Positions 31,389-39,955 of a DNA stretch of 64,000 bases are shown in pieces (positions within the stretch are counted from its first letter, which is position 1; the number at the start of each line of letters is the position of its first letter). Below the pieces are notes generated by a model. That model saw nothing but the letters and a program-made list of their open reading frames with translations, had not been told where the DNA came from and made no database searches. Location of the stretch: the NCBI GenBank assembly GCA_041389025.1, contig JAWKSP010000001.1:542663-606662 (forward strand). Reading direction: 5' to 3'. The position numbers and the translations under genes are program-made. The DNA comes from Minisyncoccota bacterium (GTDB lineage Bacteria; Patescibacteriota; Minisyncoccia; Phycocordibacterales; UBA918).

Positions 31389-32132
31389 TTATTTGCATAT
31401 AACTTTTGTCGTTTCTCTAACCTTTGTCGCTTCATTTATACCCCCCAACTTTGGCTCGAAACCACCCCACACACCATATGATTTTTCATACCTACCATCA
31501 CTACCAGACTCGAAAGACATAAGACACCAAGGGGCACGAGGTGCATATGTCCCAGAATAAACACTTGAATGGACTTGAGAACACCACCCTCCAATATCGA
31601 TTTGATTTACATCTGTAGCAGGATAACTAGTGGGGCCAGTTGCTCGTATATCACAACTTCTCATGGAATGAACATAATTTACAATTTCACTTTCCACTGT
31701 ATTCATGGCCATAAGTTTGTAAACTGTTTTATTGCCATTAACTCTATACACATATCCTGAATTATCACCATTTAACCTTGGATCAGTCGGTAATTTTGGC
31801 ATAAATTCAGAAAACGGTTGACTTACACTACCTACTATATAATTATTGGTACCATCAACACATTCAAAATCAGTACCGACCTGACCGGACCAACCATCAG
31901 AACCGGCTATTGCTGAACATTGGGCCGGATATTCTCCATACTTATTTTTATACAACTCTATGGCGCTTTGTAATTCCCTAAGATCTGATTGTCTTTGTGA
32001 GTCACGGGCTTGTTTACCAGAATCAGCCGTATTAAAAAGTACCATCGAAGCCAAAATACCAATAACTGCCAAAACAATAAGAATTTCCAATAAAGTAAAA
32101 CCAAATCCAGTTTTCTGCCAGTTTGTGTACAT
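31389..32132 (-). CDS. Type IV pilin / GspG-like prepilin
   Basis: G|FTLLEILIVLAVIGIL, LPTDP; start reset to MYTNWQK after TATACT. Confidence 0.9.
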   Translation of the reverse strand: MYTNWQKTGFGFTLLEILIVLAVIGILASMVLFNTADSGKQARDSQRQSDLRELQSAIELYKNKYGEYPAQCSAIAGSDGWSGQVGTDFECVDGTNNYIVGSVSQPFSEFMPKLPTDPRLNGDNSGYVYRVNGNKTVYKLMAMNTVESEIVNYVHSMRSCDIRATGPTSYPATDVNQIDIGGWCSQVHSSVYSGTYAPRAPWCLMSFESGSDGRYEKSYGVWGGFEPKLGGINEATKVRETTKVICK

Positions 32133-32169
32133 TACAAAAAGTATATCATGGGTTTTACTGGTTTGAGAT

Positions 32170-32231
32170 AAAAACTGGTGATTGTAAAAGGTGGCGCCCA
32201 TGGGCGCCACCTTTTACAATCACCAGTTTTT
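32170..32231. repeat. 62-bp perfect palindrome with no spacer, after rnc
   Basis: AAAAACTGGTGATTGTAAAAGGTGGCGCCCA|TGGGCGCCACCTTTTACAATCACCAGTTTTT. Confidence 0.9.
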
Positions 32232-32238
32232 TCTGTAA

Positions 32239-32949
32239 TTAATCCCACCCTTTGGCTTTCACTGCCATTTCAGCCGCTTGTTGCTCCGCTTCTTGTTTTG
32301 ACCTTCCTTTTCCCTCGGCTATTTTTTCATGTCGTAAAAAAACCCCTACCGTAAACACTCGGTCATGATCCGGTCCGTCTTGTGAAATAGTCTCATAAGT
32401 TGGTGTAATAGAAGCTTTTTCTTGAGCCAACTCTTGAAAGCGACTCTTTGGATCCTGCCATAGACGTTTTTTAATAATCTCTTCTGTACCAGCAAATAAT
32501 CTATCAGCAATAAAATCTCGAGCTTGATCATAACCTTGATCCAAATAAATCGCTCCAATACAAGCCTCAAATACATTAGCTAATATATACTGCCTAGCCC
32601 GCCCTTCATCTTTTGCTTCTCCCTTAGACATCAAAAGGAATTGATTAACATCCATTTTTTCTGAAGCATTTGATAACGAAATTGTATTTACCAAAGCCGC
32701 TCGTACCGCCGTCAATTCCCCTTCTGGTTTTTCTGGATATTGCTTAAATAAAAAATCAGTCACCACTAACTCCAAAACCGCATCTCCTAAAAACTCTAAT
32801 CGTTCATTATGCTCCCAGGTCGCTTCTCGATGCTCGTTTAAATATGAACGATGAGTAATAGCCGTTAGAAGTAAATTCTTATCCTTAAATTCCACTCCTA
32901 AAATATTTTGTAGTTTCTTTACATCTTCTTCTAGATTCCTTTCCTCCAT
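32239..32949 (-). CDS. rnc: Ribonuclease III
   Basis: HNERLEFLGDAVLEL signature, C-terminal dsRBD. Confidence 0.97.
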   Translation of the reverse strand: MEERNLEEDVKKLQNILGVEFKDKNLLLTAITHRSYLNEHREATWEHNERLEFLGDAVLELVVTDFLFKQYPEKPEGELTAVRAALVNTISLSNASEKMDVNQFLLMSKGEAKDEGRARQYILANVFEACIGAIYLDQGYDQARDFIADRLFAGTEEIIKKRLWQDPKSRFQELAQEKASITPTYETISQDGPDHDRVFTVGVFLRHEKIAEGKGRSKQEAEQQAAEMAVKAKGWD

Positions 32950-32991
32950 AACATTCCTTATTTTATATATAATTTTGCTCGTAACTTAGCA

Positions 32992-33894
32992 TTATTTACT
33001 TTGCCTGCCAACCAACATAGTAATAGCTTTAGTTACAATCGGCAGAATATCTTCATAAAAATTAAGTTCTAAAATATCAGCCACCTTAAACCACCGAGCA
33101 TCATCTAACCCGCCTTTCTTTGCTAATTCTAATTCCTGATAAGGAGATTTGGCTAAAAAGTATTGTACTTGTTTTCTAACCTTACCTTTCTCTGGCTGTG
33201 AAGCTACATATTCATTGTTACCGAGTTCTGCTTCTATTTCTACCGGTAAGCCAATCTCTTCCTGCAAAGCTCTAACTGCTCCTTCTTCAAAAGTTTCTTC
33301 GTCTTTTACTTTACTTTTAGACAAAGTCCAATGACCAAAAATATCATGCACCAAAGCTAGATACATCTGCCCTCCTTCTTCCGCATACACCACCGCCCCC
33401 GACAAACGTTCAATCGGCATCTGGTCAAATGGTACGTCTTTTTTTCGTTTTTTACTTACCTCTTCTTTACCAGGTTCGCCAATTTCTTTATAGACAGCTC
33501 CCAATACACCATTAACAAATCGACTACTATTATCACCACCAAATTGCTTAGCTAGCTCAATTGCTTCGTTTATTGCCACCTTTGCTGGCACTTCCTTACG
33601 ATCAGCAAATAACAACTCATACAAACCTAATCTTAAAATATTTCTATCAACCGGAGAAATACGATCAACCGGCCATTCTGGTGCCGCTTTTTCAATTACC
33701 AGATCAAGTTCTCCTTGTTTACCTAAAACTCCACTTAAAAGTTTTTCCATAAACGGTCGATCTGACTTATTAGGCGCGAATTCGTCTATGTTTCTATCTA
33801 AAACTTCTATTACTTCTTTTTTATCAATCGCATTTAAATCCCACTCAAAGAGTGATTGAAGAACGATACTGCGTGAAAGATGTCGATTTGCCAT
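32992..33894 (-). CDS. nusB: Transcription antitermination factor NusB fused to a C-terminal Nudix-like domain
   Basis: DRNILRLGLYEL, VAINEAIELAK, FVNGVLG; then WTLSK..EETFEEGAVRALQEEIGL. Confidence 0.92.
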   Translation of the reverse strand: MANRHLSRSIVLQSLFEWDLNAIDKKEVIEVLDRNIDEFAPNKSDRPFMEKLLSGVLGKQGELDLVIEKAAPEWPVDRISPVDRNILRLGLYELLFADRKEVPAKVAINEAIELAKQFGGDNSSRFVNGVLGAVYKEIGEPGKEEVSKKRKKDVPFDQMPIERLSGAVVYAEEGGQMYLALVHDIFGHWTLSKSKVKDEETFEEGAVRALQEEIGLPVEIEAELGNNEYVASQPEKGKVRKQVQYFLAKSPYQELELAKKGGLDDARWFKVADILELNFYEDILPIVTKAITMLVGRQSK

Positions 33895-33994
33895 AAATAA
33901 TGTACTCTGAAAACTATTACTGACTTTAGTGTATCATGCAATAACAGCTACTAAACCCAAAATCCACAAAAGCCCCACAAGGGGCTTTTGTTTG

Positions 33995-34282
33995 TTATTT
34001 AGTGGTTTCTGTTGCAGTCGATACAACCTCAGTATTTTCTGCTTCTTCCGCCTCACCTTTACGAGCTTCTTTTTTAGCTTTGATGCGAGCTTCTCGATCT
34101 TTTCTTTTAGTCGATAGATCAATCACTACTTTATCTTTGTAAAAACCACAATCCAAGCACATATGATGTGGACGATGTTGTGAGCCACAATTCTTGCACA
34201 CGGCCAAATTAGGCGCTTTTAAAGCGTGATGAGAACGGCGGTTGGCGGTATGTGACCGCGTATGTCGCATTCGAATTACCAT
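33995..34282 (-). CDS. rpmF: 50S ribosomal protein L32 (four-Cys type, C-terminal extension)
   Basis: RRSHHAL..CKNCG..PHHMCLDCGFY. Confidence 0.95.
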   Translation of the reverse strand: MVIRMRHTRSHTANRRSHHALKAPNLAVCKNCGSQHRPHHMCLDCGFYKDKVVIDLSTKRKDREARIKAKKEARKGEAEEAENTEVVSTATETTK

Positions 34283-34340
34283 AGTGGCGAAACTATAGCA
34301 AATTACAGCAAAAAAGCAATGGTCTGTAGAGCGACGTGAT

Positions 34341-34387
34341 TTAAAAAGCGGGGAAATTTGGCTTTGCCAAATTTCCCCGCTTTTTAA
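34341..34387. repeat. Perfect inverted repeat with 22-bp arms
   Basis: TTAAAAAGCGGGGAAATTTGGC-TTT-GCCAAATTTCCCCGCTTTTTAA. Confidence 0.85.
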
Positions 34388-34419
34388 GCTTTTTCAGATT
34401 GATTAATATCATAAAATAC

Positions 34420-35022
34420 AAAAAAGCACAGATAACCAAATCTGTGCTGTCTTCCTAGGTGCTGATGGTTATTGACTCAAGCCTTTAGCGAATCAACCAT
34501 CAGCACCTTAACGTTAGTAAGTAATGTGAGATAACCAGTATCTCTGACCAACACTGCAACCGGCAGTGTCAGGAGCACATAAATGATTAATTTCAAAGTA
34601 ATCATTTATAGCTACTGTACTTACTTAAAACCAAAATAATAGGCGCAAAGGATCACGATTGATTATATCTTCGTGAATCTGATGGTACTTTATCTAGGTC
34701 ACCATCACTGTATAACAATGTCACTAATATACAAACAAACCTTCCTATAAATGCAGTCTTTTTAACTTTTTAAAGAAAACCACACTTAATGTTAAGAATG
34801 AATACACTATATGTGTGTATTTTTGATTGTCAGTACTCATGAATTATACTATTAACTCATGTCCCATTAACCATGTAACGACTCTCACGTCTATATTACA
34901 TTGGGCAGGTTAGGCATTGCCACTTGAGCATTACAAGTTCACGGTGCGATAACTCGCCTTCATCCGGAACACCTATATTTTGATTTTCAACGAACACATT
35001 AGGACGCTAGTCAACTAATGTT
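34420..35022 (-). ncRNA. Candidate large (~600 nt) structured non-coding RNA of unknown class
   Basis: Promoter at 35028-35055, boxA-like element at 34984-34996, long-range helix, more than 10 hairpins, terminator GCACAGAT-loop-ATCTGTGC-T6, no ORF of 60 aa or more. Confidence 0.65.
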
Positions 35023-35027
35023 CTAAC

Positions 35028-35055
35028 ATCATAGCAGATTTAAAATATTTGTCAA
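35028..35055 (-). promoter_or_regulatory. Sigma70 promoter of the candidate large ncRNA
   Basis: TTGACA-16 bp-TATGAT with an extended -10 TG. Confidence 0.75.
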
Positions 35056-35151
35056 GCCTTTTTGATTGATTTTTGACCTATTTTTATAAAAAATCCTTAT
35101 TTTAAGCCATATTTTGTGTATTTTTGACTTAAACTTTTGAATAGATTTGAC

Positions 35152-35802
35152 CTATTTTTTTGCTTTTGCTTGTACATTTTGACAAAAGCCTACCCGATGT
35201 TGAGTGCTTAGGCCGTATTCTAAGATAGCTTGCCGATGATCTTTAGTGCCGTAGCCCTTATGTTTGGCAAAGTCATAGACAGCAAACTCTGATTTTTTCG
35301 CCAACTTTTCCATATATTTGTCACGAGTCACTTTAGCTAAAATTGAAGCTAGACCGATTACTTTTTCTTTTCCATCACCTTTTATGATCGTCTCTTGATT
35401 TACAAATTCAGCCGGAGCTTTCAACCCCCCATCCAATTTCACCTCAACATTACCTAGATTTGAGTTACCTAGGTTGACCCTAGGCACAGTTGAGGTGAGT
35501 TTTTTGAGTCCGCGTTTCATGGCTAAATTTATTGCCGGCACAATTCCTTTTTTGTCTATCACCGATGAGCTGACTAATGGCACTGCGAAATTTATTTGTC
35601 CGGTTTTTTTCAGTTGCAAAGCTTGCCGGAAAATCGCTTCGCGATTTTCCGGCGTAAGCTTCTTACTATCATTCACTCCCGAAAGCGCACTCCAGTCAAA
35701 ATCAACCGGTACCAAAACCACCCCAACGCCCACCGGACCCGCCAACGGTCCACGCCCGACTTCATCTACTCCGATTACCCATTTTATATTCTTTTTACCC
35801 AT
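35152..35802 (-). CDS. rnhB: Ribonuclease HII
   Basis: GVDEVGRGPLAGPV, DSKKL, KGD..IGLASILAKVTRD, HKGYGT. Confidence 0.96.
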   Translation of the reverse strand: MGKKNIKWVIGVDEVGRGPLAGPVGVGVVLVPVDFDWSALSGVNDSKKLTPENREAIFRQALQLKKTGQINFAVPLVSSSVIDKKGIVPAINLAMKRGLKKLTSTVPRVNLGNSNLGNVEVKLDGGLKAPAEFVNQETIIKGDGKEKVIGLASILAKVTRDKYMEKLAKKSEFAVYDFAKHKGYGTKDHRQAILEYGLSTQHRVGFCQNVQAKAKK

Positions 35803-35861
35803 CTAAAAACCAAATTAATGAATTGCTTGACAATATTTTATTAGGAAGTATACTCCAAAGA

Positions 35862-36056
35862 GTTCGTTTTGTCTTAGGGGGTTACTCCACCTGTTTTAAA
35901 AAGGTTCAATTTAGCTAAAATTTTCAATGAGGGATTACTTAACCAGTACTCGGCCAGTACATGCGGTAAGGTAATTGGAAATCTGGATGGTTTCCATATG
36001 TTTTAAGCGACATTAAATCAATTTTTAACAGAATTACGTGAATAACAAACACGAAC
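35862..36056 (+). ncRNA. Candidate ~195-nt rod-like ncRNA (6S-like size and shape)
   Basis: TTGACA-16-TATACT at 35827-35854; ends pair (GTTCGTTTTGT/ACAAACACGAAC); terminator at 36061-36105. Confidence 0.5.
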
Positions 36057-36060
36057 GATC

Positions 36061-36105
36061 ATGCCGTCATTCCCTTTGGGTCTGACGGCATCATTTTATA
36101 TTTTT
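36061..36105 (+). terminator. Intrinsic terminator
   Basis: ATGCCGTCA-loop-TGACGGCAT followed by a T-rich tail. Confidence 0.6.
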
Positions 36106-36185
36106 TGAGCTAATAAACACCGCCCCAAGCGGTGTTTGTTTTTTGTTTTTTACCTCTTCTGACAAAATGCTATACTATCCGCACC

Positions 36186-39100
36186 ATGCCCGAAAAATCC
36201 TCAAGCTCTGAATTTGTCCACCTTCACGTCCACTCTCACTACTCCCTTCTAAACGCCCTGCCTACCCCAAGCGAACTAGCCAAAGCCGCCAAAGCCGACG
36301 GTCAAGACGCTATGGCTCTGACCGATGCTGGTGCTATGTACGGCATAATTGATTTTTATAAAGCTTGTACCAAGGAAGAAATAAAGCCAATCCTCGGCCT
36401 TGACGCTTTTTTAGCCCCTCGCACCAGACACGACAGAGAAGCGATGCTCGATAAACCCCGTTCTCGTTTGGTGCTTTTAGCTAAAACTTTTTCCGGCTAT
36501 CAAAACCTCATAAAAATGGTTACTCTCTCCAACACCGAAGGTTTCTACTACAAACCCCGACTTGATGAAGAGTTGTTGAGCAAAAATCATGAAGACTTAA
36601 TTTGTATTATTCCTTCCTTTGCCGGCGAGATAGCTCGTGCTTTAAAAGACGGAGACCACGAACAGGCCGAACAAAGACTGGATTTTTATAAAAATCTATT
36701 TGGTGATGATTGCTATCTTGAGATTACCCACCATCCGGAAATTTTAGACCATGAAGCCAACCAAGAAAAAATAATTGAACTAGCTAAAAAGACCAACACT
36801 CCGCTAGTTGCTGCGCACGATGTCTATTACCTAAAGCCGGAAGACCGTTTGGCGCGTGAGACCATGATTAAGATTCAGAGCGGTGGTGTCGTAGACACCA
36901 CCGCCGATCATGACAGCGAAGAAGATTTTTCTTTTATTACTCAAGCCAAGGCCAAAGAACTCTTTAAAGATACTCCGGAAGCTATCGCGAATACTGTAAA
37001 AATTGCCGACCAATGCCACGTCGAAATCGAAATCGGTACTCACTGGTATTTCCCCAACTACATTATCGAAAGTGGTAAAGATCCCGACGAAGAACTGAGA
37101 GACACAGCTTATGAAGGAGTGACTTGGCGCGGTCTGTCGCTTGATGACAAAGAAACCAAAGAGCGTCTCGACTATGAACTGGACGTAATCAAAACCAAAG
37201 GTTACGCCAAGTACTTCTTAGTAGTAGGCGATCTACTAAGAGAAGCCCGAGAACGCGGTATCCTTACCACGATTCGAGGTTCTGTAGCCGGCTCACTCAC
37301 TACTTACGTACTCGGTATTACCAATGTAGACCCGCTTGAGTATCGTCTACCCTTTGAACGATTCCTAAACCCACAAAGACCATCTGCTCCAGATATCGAT
37401 ATGGACTTTGCTGATAACAGACGTGACGAAATCATCGAGTATTCCAAAGAAAAATATGGAGCCGATAAAGTAGCTCAAATCGGTACTTTTGGTACCATGG
37501 CCGCTCGCGCGGCGGTGCGTGACGTCGCTCGCGCTCTTGGTCACCCCTATGCTACCGGCGACCGCATCGCCAAGCTCATTCCAATGGGAAGCCAAGGCTT
37601 TCCGATGACTATTAAAAAAGCTTTAGAAATAGAACCAGATTTAGCCAGTTTATATAAAAAGGACAGCGAAGCGCGAGAAGTCATAGACCTAGCTAAACAA
37701 ATCGAAGGGCGCGTGCGTCACCTTGGTGTACACGCCGCTGGTGTAGTGATTGCTCCCGATCCACTAAATCAATTTGTTCCCATTCAACCTGATCCAAAAT
37801 CTGGTAAATACATAACTCAGTACGAAATGAAAAGTGTCGGTGAAGACGGTGTCGGTCTTTTGAAGTTTGACTTTTTAGGTATCAAAAACCTAGCTATTTT
37901 GGCGGACGCGGTAAAGCGTACCAAAGCCACCAAAAATGTCGATGTCGATATTGAAAATATACCGCTTGATGACGAGAAAACTTTCTCCATATTAGCTAAA
38001 GGTGAAACGATGGGTCTGTTCCAGCTTAACGGCTCTGGTATGACCGCCTTCTTAAAACAACTCCGCCCCACCACCATCCACGATATCAACGCAATGGTGG
38101 CCTTGTACCGTCCCGGACCAATGGAATCAATCCCGCAGTATATCGAGAGAAAACATAATCCTACTTTAGTAACCTACATCGACGAACGATTAAAGCCAAT
38201 TCTAGAAAGATCATACGGAGTTATTACCTATCAAGACGACGTGATGGCGATTGCTCGTGAACTAGCCGGCTATAGTTGGCTTGAAGCTGACATGTTGCGT
38301 AAGGCGATGGGAAAGAAAATTCCTGAAGTGATGGCCGCCGAGAAAGACAAGCTTCTGACCGGTTTTGTTGAACACGGTAAGTTATCCGAAAAAATTGCCG
38401 ACAAACTTTGGAGTCTAATTGAACCCTTTGCTGCTTATGGGTTTAACAAAGCGCACGCGGCCAGCTATGGTCGAGTAGCTTATCAAACCGCCTATATGAA
38501 GGCTAACCATCCGGTCGAATACATGTCCGCCGTTCTCACCGCTGATTCTGGTGACACTGAAAAAATTGCCGAAATCATCCGTGAGTGTGAGCGCATGAAC
38601 ATCGAAGTACTTCCACCGGATATAAATGAATCCTTCTCTGACTTTACCGTGGTAGCCGGTAAAGAAACCATTCGCTTTGGACTAACCACCATCAAAAATT
38701 TTGGTGAAGGTATCGCCGACGCCATCATAAAAGAAAGAGAAAAAAACGGACACTTCACTTCTTTAAGTGACTTTTTATCTCGCGTCCACGACCGCAACTT
38801 AAACAAAAAGTCCCTTGAAGCTTTGGTAATGACCGGAGCTTTAGATAAATTTGGTGAACGTGGTGAAATGATGATGAATATTGATATGATGCTTACCTTC
38901 AACAAAGAACAAGTAGCCGAAAAAGAATCCGCTCAAGAATCCCTCTTTAATATGATAGGAACAGAGGTAAGGAGTTTAAACTTAGAACCGGCCGAACCGG
39001 CTCCGACTTTACAAAAGCTGATTTGGGAAAAAGAACTACTTGGTGTGTATGTCTCTGGGCATCCACTAGACGAGCACGAGGAGGAAGTAAATAAACGCCC

Positions 39101-39410
39101 GGCCATTGCCAGTGTACGCGCCGATGGTCGAAATGGTGTACCGGTTGTAACCGCCGGCATGGTGAGTGCGGTACGCGAGCTTCTCACCAAAAAAGGTGAT
39201 CGCATGGCCTTTGTGATGCTCGAAAATCAAACCGACCAAATAGAAATGGTAGTATTCCCCAAAACATATATTGATCTAAAAGAAGTAATGGTGGTTGGTA
39301 ATTGTATTGCTGTTAAAGGCAAGCTCAGTATCAGAAACGACGAACCGAGCATTATGGTGGATCGTGCGAAGTTGTTTTCTGAGAAGAAAGAAGAAAAAGT
39401 CGCTTCGTAG
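36186..39410 (+). CDS. dnaE: DNA polymerase III alpha subunit
   Basis: PHP HLHVHSHYSLL, RGSVAGS, PDIDMDF, KFDFLG, YGFNKAHA, C-terminal OB fold; start reset to MPEKSS. Confidence 0.97.
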   Translation: MPEKSSSSEFVHLHVHSHYSLLNALPTPSELAKAAKADGQDAMALTDAGAMYGIIDFYKACTKEEIKPILGLDAFLAPRTRHDREAMLDKPRSRLVLLAKTFSGYQNLIKMVTLSNTEGFYYKPRLDEELLSKNHEDLICIIPSFAGEIARALKDGDHEQAEQRLDFYKNLFGDDCYLEITHHPEILDHEANQEKIIELAKKTNTPLVAAHDVYYLKPEDRLARETMIKIQSGGVVDTTADHDSEEDFSFITQAKAKELFKDTPEAIANTVKIADQCHVEIEIGTHWYFPNYIIESGKDPDEELRDTAYEGVTWRGLSLDDKETKERLDYELDVIKTKGYAKYFLVVGDLLREARERGILTTIRGSVAGSLTTYVLGITNVDPLEYRLPFERFLNPQRPSAPDIDMDFADNRRDEIIEYSKEKYGADKVAQIGTFGTMAARAAVRDVARALGHPYATGDRIAKLIPMGSQGFPMTIKKALEIEPDLASLYKKDSEAREVIDLAKQIEGRVRHLGVHAAGVVIAPDPLNQFVPIQPDPKSGKYITQYEMKSVGEDGVGLLKFDFLGIKNLAILADAVKRTKATKNVDVDIENIPLDDEKTFSILAKGETMGLFQLNGSGMTAFLKQLRPTTIHDINAMVALYRPGPMESIPQYIERKHNPTLVTYIDERLKPILERSYGVITYQDDVMAIARELAGYSWLEADMLRKAMGKKIPEVMAAEKDKLLTGFVEHGKLSEKIADKLWSLIEPFAAYGFNKAHAASYGRVAYQTAYMKANHPVEYMSAVLTADSGDTEKIAEIIRECERMNIEVLPPDINESFSDFTVVAGKETIRFGLTTIKNFGEGIADAIIKEREKNGHFTSLSDFLSRVHDRNLNKKSLEALVMTGALDKFGERGEMMMNIDMMLTFNKEQVAEKESAQESLFNMIGTEVRSLNLEPAEPAPTLQKLIWEKELLGVYVSGHPLDEHEEEVNKRPAIASVRADGRNGVPVVTAGMVSAVRELLTKKGDRMAFVMLENQTDQIEMVVFPKTYIDLKEVMVVGNCIAVKGKLSIRNDEPSIMVDRAKLFSEKKEEKVAS

Positions 39411-39519
39411 TAAAAGCATAAACTCAGGTTCTCAAAATTTGACATATTGTATAATTGTATGTAATATTGTTATTGGTATAGTAAAATTCAATCCATCAAT
39501 CCAAAAAAGGGAGAACAAA

Positions 39520-39852
39520 ATGTCTTTTAAAGAATTTAAAGAATCTTTCAATGAAATGCCTTTTTACGTCACTTTTGTATTAGTGGTTCACATCCTTAAT
39601 CCAGGAATGGCAATAATGGCTTACGAATATGAAAATAATGGTCGCAACAAAGTTGGAGGTAGGCCTGCACTATACGCATCTGTAGCCAGCTTTCTAACAG
39701 TATGTATCTACGTTTTACTGTTTATACAAACAGATATGTATTATATGGAAGGATTTGTCAGTGGTATTCTCATCCTATTAATATGCTCAAACACACTTGG
39801 AACATTCGTGATGTTAGAATCTGGACTGTCAAAGCAAAAAGGTCAGGTGTAG
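39520..39852 (+). CDS. Small membrane hypothetical protein
   Basis: SD AGGGAG before the ATG at 39520, TTGACA upstream, terminator GAAGCCAC..GTGGCTTC downstream. Confidence 0.7.
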   Translation: MSFKEFKESFNEMPFYVTFVLVVHILNPGMAIMAYEYENNGRNKVGGRPALYASVASFLTVCIYVLLFIQTDMYYMEGFVSGILILLICSNTLGTFVMLESGLSKQKGQV

Positions 39853-39955
39853 AACGAAATACGTACTTACGAAGCCACGATTAGTTAATCTGTGGCTTCT
39901 TATTATTTATAAACTACAAAGTTGACATTCTGCTACGGCAAGTTAGGATATATAC

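Noticed and set aside
34655-34680. GAAGATATAATC in the large RNA resembles the group I intron S element
   Set aside because: No matching R element or P7 partner was found, the motif sits inside a local hairpin, and no gene is interrupted.
34730-34750. TAGGAAGGTTTG resembles the RNase P GAGGAAAGUCC motif
   Set aside because: Poor match, wrong position within the RNA, and no 3' P4 partner.
36186-39410. dnaE looks richer in C-ending codons than its neighbours (possible horizontal transfer)
   Set aside because: Other plus-strand genes (rnr, thrS) show the same tendency, consistent with replication-strand skew; not quantified.
36831-39445. Several 70-137-aa minus-strand ORFs
   Set aside because: All lie antisense to dnaE, with no independent signals or motifs.
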